From an uncultured archaeon (GTDB taxonomy: Archaea; Altiarchaeota; Altiarchaeia; IMC4; SCGC-AAA252-I15): a stretch of 23,734 nucleotides of DNA. Numbering within the stretch: the first letter of the stretch is position 1; every line of letters begins with the position of its first letter. The position numbers and the translations under genes are program-made. The notes below the pieces were generated by a model. That model was not told the DNA's origin. It saw only the letters and a list, made by a program, of their open reading frames with translations, and made no database searches. Of this stretch, positions 16,833 to 23,734 are shown in pieces. The stretch covers positions 1 through 23,734 of the forward strand of contig CABMCB010000093.1 of the NCBI GenBank assembly GCA_902384455.1, written 5' to 3'.

Positions 16833-17909
16833 ATGGCCAAAGTTTCTTCTATAAAACACCGGCAAGGCCAGTCATCAATAGAATACTTAGTCACATACAG
16901 CTGGGTCATACTAATACTCGGCCTCGCCGTCGTAGCCCTAATGGAAATGGGCGTATTCAACCCCCCAATACCACCCAGAGGAAGCCTAGGATTCTCCCAA
17001 CTCAAACCCTCAGACTGGGTAGTCTCAACAGACAACCACATATACCTCGACCTCACAAACCAAGCAGGAGACAACATAGAAATAAAAGACACCGACTTCA
17101 AATTCAACATCGGCGAAATAAACTGCACCAAAGTACCAGACAACGAAAAAACACGCTACCCCCTAAAACTAGGCCCCGGAGCAAGCACCCACGTCACCAT
17201 AGAATGCGACAACACACCCCAAAGCATACCCAACGCATACCGCCCAGGAGACTACTACGAAGCACCCTCAAAAATAACATACTATAACCTACGCACACAA
17301 ACCACACACGAAAGCGTAGGCAAAATATTCGGCCCAATAGAAGTACCCGCACAACAAATACTAAGCTCCACAACAACCACACAAACAGTCACAACCACAA
17401 CAGAAACAAAAACAACCACAACAACATCAAGCACAACCACAACAACAAACAACCAAAAAGACAACCCACCCCAAGTACGCATCTACGCCTACAACGCATC
17501 AACAGGAATACCATACGTAACACCAGGAGACACAGTCACAGTAGACGTAAACGGAACCGACGACTGCGGCCTAGAATGGGTCGTAGGAAGCTATCACGAC
17601 AACGGCACAGGCTCAAACCCGGCCAACATACAGTGGCTGCCTAGGATTCCCTGCCCGGGCTACGACGAAGACCCCAACGACCCCGAAATGGACTGCTCCT
17701 ACCAATACACCCTCACCGAAGACACTCCCGGAGTCTACTACGTATACGCCCAAGCCAGAGAAAGAACAGACATAGACAGAAGAATACACCCCAACTGCGA
17801 AAACAGAGGCCGCTACACGTCGGTAGTCAACGCTTCTTTCAGGGTGTATAAGGGCTGGCTGTTCGTGAATCTGGCGTATCCTAAGCCGAACGGGGAAGTC
17901 AACGTATAA
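16833..17909 (+). CDS. Type IV pilin-like surface protein (class III signal peptide) with a Thr-rich linker and an Ig-like C-terminal domain
   Basis: HRQG|QSSIEYLVTYSWVILILGLAVVAL (Q+1, E+5, hydrophobic helix); poly-Thr at ~17364-17448; DNPPQV..TPGDTVTV..GTDDCGL..PGVYYVYAQA. Confidence 0.8.
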   Translation: MAKVSSIKHRQGQSSIEYLVTYSWVILILGLAVVALMEMGVFNPPIPPRGSLGFSQLKPSDWVVSTDNHIYLDLTNQAGDNIEIKDTDFKFNIGEINCTKVPDNEKTRYPLKLGPGASTHVTIECDNTPQSIPNAYRPGDYYEAPSKITYYNLRTQTTHESVGKIFGPIEVPAQQILSSTTTTQTVTTTTETKTTTTTSSTTTTTNNQKDNPPQVRIYAYNASTGIPYVTPGDTVTVDVNGTDDCGLEWVVGSYHDNGTGSNPANIQWLPRIPCPGYDEDPNDPEMDCSYQYTLTEDTPGVYYVYAQARERTDIDRRIHPNCENRGRYTSVVNASFRVYKGWLFVNLAYPKPNGEVNV

Positions 17910-17922
17910 GTCTAATCTTAAA

Positions 17923-18936
17923 ATGCCAGCGTTAAGGCGGAAAGGTTACGTTCTCATGTGGGATGCGTTCATCTCACTGAGCTTCATATTCATGATAATC
18001 GCCGGAGCAGTCACGCTGCAGTATTTCGTGTCGGTTAACTCGGAAAAAACCATGTTCAGGCGGGCGCAATACACCGCAGAAGACGCGATGGAGGTGCTCA
18101 ACAAGAAAGGCGTCCTGGAGGAAATAGGCATAACATGGTACGACGGCGATAAGATGGGAGCCGCCAACATAGCGAGGACGTATCTGGAATCCATCCTGCC
18201 CCCAATTGAAGGATACCGCCTAACAATAGACGGGCAAACAATCACGGAAAGCAACTCAACGCGTCCTTCAGAGAGCTTGGCTTCGGATCAGACTAGAAGT
18301 AGGCGGCTTGTTTCTGGTTTTGCTCAGAATGAGAGCAAGGGCGGTTGGACTGCGAGAGCGTATCTTGAGGAGAATATTAGCGGTTTTGGCGGCGATTTTT
18401 ATTACGCAGTCGGGGATTTGGGGACGCCCAATTTGACGTTGCAGCTTGATGCTGATGGTTCTGCCGTGGGGTACGTTAAGGTGCCGGTTGGCACCACGGT
18501 CGACCATGCCGCCTTTACTCTTAGGTGGGCTAACAGGAGCGACTGCAACCTGTGTCCGATGTACGCGTGCAACATGCCGGAGTACGAGGAGAACATCACT
18601 TGGCAGCAGCAGAAGTACTATAATTTCACTCTCAACCAGGTTTGCAGCGCAAACGTCACATTGATTACTTACGGTGAAGTAGACTACGACCTTTACGTGA
18701 GGTGGGACGGCAGCTGCCCCTACTTCGATGACTGGATGCTTTGGGGGATAGACCCAGCAATTTGCGTCTCAAGGAATCCGCCTCCAGGGTTGGGCGGAAC
18801 AAACGTCGAAAACTGCTACATCCCAAACCTCGCCCCAGGAACGTATTACGCTATGGCGGACTACTGGGAACCGTATCACGGGCCGGGCTTGGGAGTGGGC
18901 GGCTACAACATAACAGTCAAACTCTCCAACTGCTGA
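17923..18936 (+). CDS. Minor pilin-like protein (class III signal peptide) with a C-terminal PPC-like beta domain
   Basis: RRKG|YVLMWDAFISL followed by a hydrophobic helix, AEDAMEVL.K.GVL; C-terminal DYDLYVR..ENC.I..LAPGTYY..YNITV resembles pre-peptidase C-terminal domains. Confidence 0.72.
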   Translation: MPALRRKGYVLMWDAFISLSFIFMIIAGAVTLQYFVSVNSEKTMFRRAQYTAEDAMEVLNKKGVLEEIGITWYDGDKMGAANIARTYLESILPPIEGYRLTIDGQTITESNSTRPSESLASDQTRSRRLVSGFAQNESKGGWTARAYLEENISGFGGDFYYAVGDLGTPNLTLQLDADGSAVGYVKVPVGTTVDHAAFTLRWANRSDCNLCPMYACNMPEYEENITWQQQKYYNFTLNQVCSANVTLITYGEVDYDLYVRWDGSCPYFDDWMLWGIDPAICVSRNPPPGLGGTNVENCYIPNLAPGTYYAMADYWEPYHGPGLGVGGYNITVKLSNC

Positions 18937-18937
18937 G

Positions 18938-18945
18938 ATATTTAA
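18938..18945 (+). promoter_or_regulatory. Putative TATA box of tfe (leaderless spacing)
   Basis: ATATTTAA ending about 24 nt before ATG 18969; no RBS seen. Confidence 0.45.
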
Positions 18946-18968
18946 GCTAAAATGCAGTAGATTAATGT

Positions 18969-19484
18969 ATGCCTGTTTCTCGCGATTTTAAGCGCCTAAG
19001 AAACGTTCTAGAAGAAAGTTTGAGCGAGCAACATGTCTCCGTCATCGAATCCTTGGACGAACCAAAGTACGACGAGGACATAGCCAAAGAACTCGACTTA
19101 AAAGCCACCGTAGTTCGAACCATACTGAACGAACTGCACTCGAAGAGGCTGGTTGAATACGACCGCACCAAAAACAAAAAGACCGGCTGGTACACCTACC
19201 TTTGGAAGAAACGCGACGACCAACTCGGCGAATACACCAAGGGGTACCTGGAAAGCCGCCTGGCGGAACTCAACGGACAACTGATGAAGGAGAAAAACAA
19301 CGCTTACTTCTGCGGACCAAACGGAGTCGTAACATTCGAAGAAGCCACAGAAAACAACTTCACATGCCCCGAAACAGGCCAACCTTACGTTGAATACGAC
19401 AACAGCGAGACGATTGATGGGATAATCAACGAAATAAGCCGCATAAACGGCTTACTCCACACCCACTTCAGCGCGAAACAGTAA
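18969..19484 (+). CDS. tfe: Archaeal transcription initiation factor E (TFE / TFIIE-alpha)
   Basis: Winged helix DEDIAKELDLKATVVRTILNELH..LVEYDRTKNKKTGWYTYLW, then a coiled coil and YFC..TFEEA.ENNFTCP..G..EYDNS. Confidence 0.93.
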   Translation: MPVSRDFKRLRNVLEESLSEQHVSVIESLDEPKYDEDIAKELDLKATVVRTILNELHSKRLVEYDRTKNKKTGWYTYLWKKRDDQLGEYTKGYLESRLAELNGQLMKEKNNAYFCGPNGVVTFEEATENNFTCPETGQPYVEYDNSETIDGIINEISRINGLLHTHFSAKQ

Positions 19485-19496
19485 ACTGATTCTTTA

Positions 19497-19629
19497 GGCA
19501 TAAATGGGTTTGAACGGAAAGGGTCGAACAGCGCGCCCTCTTAATTTCAACTTTAGGCTGCACTAAAGGCGCAAAACGTTCAGGTTCCCCTCTAACGCCT
19601 TTTGAAGCTGAAACCTCCAGCCTTATGCC
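19497..19629. ncRNA. Candidate structured non-coding element of unknown family
   Basis: About 200-bp intergenic gap in an otherwise tightly packed window. Complementary segments: GGCATAA/TTATGCC, GGCTG/CAGCC, AAAGGCG/CGCCTTT, TTTCAACTT/AAGCTGAAA, TGAACG/CGTTCA. Confidence 0.35.
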
Positions 19630-19656
19630 GCAACGAGTCGAATGACTCACTCCCTA

Positions 19657-19664
19657 AAATATAA
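19657..19664 (+). promoter_or_regulatory. Putative TATA box of the HD gene (possibly bidirectional)
   Basis: AAATATAA about 20 nt before ATG 19684; reads TTATATTT on the minus strand about 27 nt before the structured element. Confidence 0.4.
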
Positions 19665-19683
19665 GGCGGTAATAAGTATCAAT

Positions 19684-20226
19684 ATGGCGTCGAAAACAGC
19701 CGTAGAGAAAATCACCAAAGAAGACGCCTTACTTCTGCTTAAAACAAACAACGTACCCGAAGACGTAGTCACCCACAGCAAAAAAGTCGCCGAACTAGCC
19801 AAAGAAACGGCAGAACAAATAAAATCCCGCGGACACCGCGTGGACGTGGAATTCGTGGAAACCGCGGCGCTGCTGCACGACATAGGCCGAGGCGTAACAC
19901 ACGGCATAACGCACGGATTAGAGGGAGGCAGGATGCTTTCGTCATATCCCCGCTACGCCCGCGCAGTAGAAAACCACTTGGGAGCAGGACTTACCAAGAA
20001 AGAAGCCGCCGAATTAGGCCTGCCTCGTAGGGATTTTATTCCCAGAACTATTGAGGAGAAGATTGTGGCTTGGGCGGATAAACATGTGTCTGGGGGTCGT
20101 ATTGTGGCGGAGAATAAGTTGGTTAGGAAGCTTCCTTTGGGGCATCCGGCTTCTTTGAGGGCGCTTGCTTTGGATGAGGAGGTTAATGAGCTTGCGGGCG
20201 TTGATATGTTTTTAAAGAAGGAGTAG
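19684..20226 (+). CDS. HD/HDIG-domain phosphohydrolase (TIGR00295-like)
   Basis: HS..VA, ALLHDIGR, HGLEG, ENHLGAG and EEKIVAWADK motifs; start reassigned from 19642 to ATG 19684; this family is commonly adjacent to tfe in Euryarchaeota. Confidence 0.88.
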   Translation: MASKTAVEKITKEDALLLLKTNNVPEDVVTHSKKVAELAKETAEQIKSRGHRVDVEFVETAALLHDIGRGVTHGITHGLEGGRMLSSYPRYARAVENHLGAGLTKKEAAELGLPRRDFIPRTIEEKIVAWADKHVSGGRIVAENKLVRKLPLGHPASLRALALDEEVNELAGVDMFLKKE

Positions 20227-20255
20227 ATAATATAAACCATAAGTTTGGTGACATA

Positions 20256-20501
20256 ATGGTCACGTACATCATCGCACGGCAATTGGGCGGGAAGCCCGTT
20301 ATAACTGTGGGCGGCGAAGAGTTAGGCCGTTTGGACGACGTCGTTATTGACGAGAGGACTGGGAAATTCATTTCCATTGTTGTGGAGCCTATTTCGGAGG
20401 CTGCGGTTCGTGTTTCTTATCCGAAGGATAAGGACGGCAACTTGGTTATTCCTTATGACGCAGTTAATGCTGTCAGTAAGGTTGTTGTCGTAAAGGATTA
20501 A
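20256..20501 (+). CDS. PRC-barrel domain protein
   Basis: LGGKPVIT..GEELGRLDDVVIDERTGK..IVVEP..IPYDAVNAVSKVVVV; GGTGA RBS at 20247-20251 and ATATAAA at 20230-20236. Confidence 0.9.
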   Translation: MVTYIIARQLGGKPVITVGGEELGRLDDVVIDERTGKFISIVVEPISEAAVRVSYPKDKDGNLVIPYDAVNAVSKVVVVKD

Positions 20502-20508
20502 GGGGCTG

Positions 20509-20517
20509 TTTTTTTTT
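20509..20517 (+). terminator. Oligo-T archaeal terminator
   Basis: T9 run just after the PRC-barrel stop, between convergent genes. Confidence 0.5.
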
Positions 20518-20930
20518 CAGGTTTTTGGCGTAGCTTTAGGTTGTATTAGGGCTATTATTTTGTTTCGCGCTTCTTCTGCTTTTTCGCCTATTTCGGGTAG
20601 TGCTAGCGAGGGTTTTTCGTGGTTGTCTTTGACGAAGACTATGAGTGCTGTGTCGGATGATTCTAGGGGGTAGAAGAGTATGCTGTATCCGAATATGCGG
20701 AAGGACATGTATTTGAGTCCGTATATCGAGAGTATTTTCACGCCGGATAGCGCGTAGTTGAGGCATTTTGACAGTGGCTCCCATATGGGGGTTATTTCCT
20801 GCTGGAATGATTCGGGGAACATGATGACGCCTTCAAGCCCTTCTTTTACGACGAGTACGCCGGATATTTCTTTGCTGCTTTTGTGCACGTCTTTAAGGAC
20901 GCTCATTATTGAGTCGACTGTTGTCTTCAT
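20517..20930 (-). CDS. Roadblock/LC7-like small protein (137 aa)
   Basis: Start reassigned to ATG 20930 (GAGGA upstream, 2-bp gap after the ATPase stop). Helix-ISGVLVV-helix-three strands (ALIVFV)-helix pattern. Confidence 0.55.
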   Translation of the reverse strand: MKTTVDSIMSVLKDVHKSSKEISGVLVVKEGLEGVIMFPESFQQEITPIWEPLSKCLNYALSGVKILSIYGLKYMSFRIFGYSILFYPLESSDTALIVFVKDNHEKPSLALPEIGEKAEEARNKIIALIQPKATPKT

Positions 20931-20932
20931 TT

Positions 20933-21673
20933 TTATTCCTCTGAGACCACTTTCAGCCCTTGGGGAGTGAACTCGAAGGGGCATCTTTTTGTGTCTATTT
21001 TGGTTCCGCGCATCTTGCGCACAGACAGAAGGCGTTCGAATCCTCCGCCCATCTCGTTTCTTAGGAATATGACGCCGTCTGCGGCGAATTCGCTTATTGT
21101 GTCGCGCGATAGGAAGGGGGTTTCTTCGCCGACTTCGCTAATAAGCAAGCTTGTTACTCCCAGCTCGTTGATTCGTCCGACTATGTAGTATATGTCTTTC
21201 CGTGTGACTTCGCCTCCTGCGACAGGGAAACTGCGCGCTTCGCCTTCGCGGTCGAGCCTGCTCATTTCCTTGCTGATTTTGCTGCGGTATATGACGCCGT
21301 GCTCCACCATCGTCGTGAGGGAGTCGAGTACGAAGCGTTGAACGCCCTTTTTCTTCACAAGAGACTCTACTTCGGCAAGAATCTCCGAAACATCAGCATT
21401 ATCAGCTATGTAGAGTGTGAGCATCCCCTTGCGCTCAAGGGCTTCGAAGTCCCATCCGAACGCTTTTGCCTGAGAAATTATTTTGTCGCGGGACTCCTCG
21501 AACGTTATGTACACTCCGGGTTCGCCGGATTCAGCGCCCGCCTTGAGAAACTGAAGCCCAAATATGGTCTTTCCTGTTCCGCAGCTGCCTGTCACCAGAA
21601 CGCTGTGTCCTGCGGGTATTCCGCCGTCAATTAGGGGGTCTAAGCCGGGTATGCCACTGTGGACTCGTTTCAT
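20933..21673 (-). CDS. Single-domain KaiC/RAD55-family (RecA-superfamily) ATPase
   Basis: SGIPGLD, Walker A GSCGTGKT, YITFEES, Walker B FVLDS, ADGVIFL, KMRG; GGAG RBS at 21681-21684. Confidence 0.92.
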   Translation of the reverse strand: MKRVHSGIPGLDPLIDGGIPAGHSVLVTGSCGTGKTIFGLQFLKAGAESGEPGVYITFEESRDKIISQAKAFGWDFEALERKGMLTLYIADNADVSEILAEVESLVKKKGVQRFVLDSLTTMVEHGVIYRSKISKEMSRLDREGEARSFPVAGGEVTRKDIYYIVGRINELGVTSLLISEVGEETPFLSRDTISEFAADGVIFLRNEMGGGFERLLSVRKMRGTKIDTKRCPFEFTPQGLKVVSEE

Positions 21674-21729
21674 TTATGTTCTCCTTTGTTATGTACTTAA
21701 TTAAATTCTTCTTGTAATGACTTAAGAGT

Positions 21730-22386
21730 ATGAGAAAACGGTTTTTAGCCTTCATAGCGGTCTTCTGGCTTGTTCAGGTTGCCTTAGCGCAGAATGCCAC
21801 AATCAGCGGGCATGTGACGGACAAGGATACGGGGAGGCCGTATTCGGGTGTTAGTGTGGAGGTGTTTAATGCGACTGATCATTCGGTTCCGGTTGCAGCT
21901 CTTGTGACTGATGATAAGGGTTTTTTTGAGACTGAGGTTCCGGGTATGGTTAATTATGATATTTTTCTTCGTGTTGGCAAGAGTAATCCTTCGCAGTCGG
22001 TGTATGTGCAGGCGGGTCAGATTCAGACTGTTGATTTTATTGTGAGTTCCCGGGCTGTTTCGGCGTCTGAGGCGGAGGATTCCGGCGGGTTTATCGTTGT
22101 TGTCGTCGTTGCTTTGGTTGTGCTTGCGGTTATACTCGTTGATCAGGTTCTTTCTCGCCGCAAGGGTAAGGCGGTGGTTGGAGGGTCGGCGGCTGTCTTG
22201 CCTGCCAAGGAAAGTCTTGAGCAGAGGAAGGCGCGTTTGACGTCTGAGAAGGCGCGTATCGAGGAGATGATTTCGCTCACAAAGAATAAGTATCAGCATC
22301 GGCTTATCGACGAGGAGAGTTTTAGGGAGATTATACGCGACCATCAGAAGAAGCTGATTGAGGTTGAGGCGCAGTTGAAGGAGTAG
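21730..22386 (+). CDS. Single-pass membrane protein with an extracellular carboxypeptidase-regulatory-like domain and a cytoplasmic coiled-coil tail
   Basis: Signal peptide, ISGHVTDKDTGRP.SGVSV..TDDKGFF, Val-rich TM helix, KYQHRLIDEESF tail. Confidence 0.8.
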   Translation: MRKRFLAFIAVFWLVQVALAQNATISGHVTDKDTGRPYSGVSVEVFNATDHSVPVAALVTDDKGFFETEVPGMVNYDIFLRVGKSNPSQSVYVQAGQIQTVDFIVSSRAVSASEAEDSGGFIVVVVVALVVLAVILVDQVLSRRKGKAVVGGSAAVLPAKESLEQRKARLTSEKARIEEMISLTKNKYQHRLIDEESFREIIRDHQKKLIEVEAQLKE

Positions 22387-23734
22387 TTGGGGTGTAACTG
22401 CTGATTGACGGGGTTTCTTTTGGCGGCTCAGTTTTTTTGCTTCGTAGGTATATGTAGAGGATTCCTATGAGGAGGATTATCGCTGTTGGTACGGTGTAGT
22501 TTCTGGCGGGTATGTAGTCGTAGATGTTTTCTACTAGGCCGAATACTTTCTGTTGGAATCCGATTATTGCGTCTCTTATTGGTGCGGGTTCGGGTATTGT
22601 GATTTCGGTGGTTTTGATTAGGGGTGGGTCCATGTCGAATTCGTTGACTAGTATTGGGTAGGTTCCGGGTGGGGCGTCGTTTAGTGTGCGTAGGCGCCAT
22701 GTGAATGTGGCTGTTTCTCCGTCTTTTATGCCTGTTGTTTGGGGGGCTTGTTCTATTAGGAAGTGGTTTGGTGCGCGCAGTACGGGTGCGACTGGGGGTA
22801 TTTCTTCTCCTTTTGCTGTGACTTCGAGTTTGAGGGTGAATGTTAGGCCGCGTATTGCGTCTCCGTCTTGGTTTAGTGTTGCTGTGTATGTGGGTGTTGT
22901 TGCGTTTGGGAGTGGGGTTGTTTTGTTGTTGGTTATGTGGCCGGTTGTTTCTTGTTGGTTTTGTGGGGTTGTTGTGGTTGGGGTTGTGTCTTGTGAGGTT
23001 TTTTGTGGTCTGCGTGTGTGGGGTGTTTCGGGTTGTGGTGTGTTTGGTGTTTGTGTTGGGTTTTGGGTTGTTGTTGTGGGGTTTTCGGTGGTTGTGGTTG
23101 TGGTTTGTTGTGTGTTTGTGGTGGTTTCTGTTATTGTGGTGGTTGTGGTTGTTGTGGTTTCTTGTGGTGTGGTGGTTGTTGTTTCTGTCGTTGGGGGGGT
23201 TGTGGTTGTGGAGGATTCTTTGGGTGTGGTTGTTGTTGTCTTTGGGCATCTTCCGCAGTCGCTGGAGCATGTTTCGCATGTTTCTGCGCCGTTGCAGGCG
23301 CCGTCGCCGCAGTAGCGGTGTCTGACGGGTGCGTTTATTGTGAATGAGATTTGGCTGTTTGTTTTGTGGCCTGTTGAGTCTTCTGCTTGGTATGTGACTG
23401 TGTATGTGCCTGTTTGGGTTGTGTCGTTGTATGTTGTTTCGTATGTGGATGTTGTGGCGTTGTTTTTTGTGAGGTTTTTCTGTGTTTCGCCTGGTGGTCC
23501 GCTTATGTTTGCGGTTACCGAGGTTAGTGTTTTGTCTTGTGCTTCGACGGATAGTTGTATTGTTGCTTCTTGTGTTGCTCTGTTTGGTGTTGCTGTGGGG
23601 TTGTTTAGGTTGGGGTAGTTGTCGACTGTGATTAGGTGGTTTTCTGTCTGGGTGTTTCCTGCCTGGTCGGTTGCGGCGAATTGGAGTAGGTAGTCTTTTT
23701 CTTCGGCTGTCCATTGGAACGCGTAGTTTCCTGA
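22331..23734 (-). CDS. Large membrane-anchored surface protein, 5'-truncated: Ig-like domains, Cys-rich motif, Thr/Pro-rich linker, NEW3-like domain, C-terminal TM helix
   Basis: The frame of track ORF 22331..22633 has no stop up to the window end (467 aa by my manual translation): ATDQAGN, GTYTVTYQAED, CGDGACNGAETCETCSSDCGRC, poly-Thr, DAPPGTYPILV, TM TAIILLIGILYIYL-RSKK. Confidence 0.85.
   Translation of the reverse strand, partial: SGNYAFQWTAEEKDYLLQFAATDQAGNTQTENHLITVDNYPNLNNPTATPNRATQEATIQLSVEAQDKTLTSVTANISGPPGETQKNLTKNNATTSTYETTYNDTTQTGTYTVTYQAEDSTGHKTNSQISFTINAPVRHRYCGDGACNGAETCETCSSDCGRCPKTTTTTPKESSTTTTPPTTETTTTTPQETTTTTTTTITETTTNTQQTTTTTTENPTTTTQNPTQTPNTPQPETPHTRRPQKTSQDTTPTTTTPQNQQETTGHITNNKTTPLPNATTPTYTATLNQDGDAIRGLTFTLKLEVTAKGEEIPPVAPVLRAPNHFLIEQAPQTTGIKDGETATFTWRLRTLNDAPPGTYPILVNEFDMDPPLIKTTEITIPEPAPIRDAIIGFQQKVFGLVENIYDYIPARNYTVPTAIILLIGILYIYLRSKKTEPPKETPSISSYTPTTPSTAPQPQSASSDGRV

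Noticed and set aside
17364-17448. Microsatellite or CRISPR-like ACA/ACC repeats (also ~22900-23245)
   Set aside because: Imperfect low-complexity runs explained by poly-Thr coding; no fixed repeat-spacer period.
19497-19648. tRNA, RNase P RNA or TPP riboswitch identity for the intergenic element
   Set aside because: GTTCGA and GAACCTGA fragments exist on the minus strand, but there is no cloverleaf, no GAGGAAAGTCC-type P4 signature and no CTGAGA motif.
20933-21673. Circadian clock kaiC
   Set aside because: Single ATPase domain and no kaiA or kaiB nearby; a generic archaeal RAD55/KaiC-like ATPase.
22428-23714. 428-aa Arg/Asn/His/Thr-rich minus-strand ORF, and the Val-, Trp/Leu- and Cys/Gly-rich plus-strand ORFs at 22686-23618
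   Set aside because: Shadow frames of the Thr-rich surface gene, kept open by extreme strand skew. The Cys/Gly-rich ORF is antisense to ACA/ACC Thr codons and is not a metallothionein.

Overview
Archaeal genomic window (transcription factor E, class III signal-peptide pilins, TATA-like promoters; a DPANN/Altiarchaeota-like source is my inference only). The left two-thirds is a cell-surface glycosylation locus. A plus-strand GT2 (partial), GT4 and SAM methyltransferase converge on a ~14.3 kb minus-strand operon (16776->2518): one S-layer/CARDB-like protein followed by five large polytopic GT-C-type glycosyltransferases (one double-module fusion, two YfhO-like paralogs, two PIG-V-like paralogs). 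All five carry one or two copies (8 in total) of the same lectin-like beta-sandwich domain with an invariantly spaced DDC-x16-C-x2-C-x2-C motif, which is the most distinctive system here. The right third has two pilin-like genes, tfe with a degenerate zinc ribbon, a candidate structured ncRNA, an HD protein, a PRC-barrel protein, a KaiC/RAD55 ATPase paired with a roadblock-like protein, a membrane protein, and a partial Thr-rich surface protein that the ORF track truncates. Across the window, A/C-rich tracts switch sharply to G/T-rich tracts regardless of gene strand, often at a GGCC site. All family calls are from motif recognition by eye, not database searches. I saw no CRISPR array, tRNA, rRNA or transposase.
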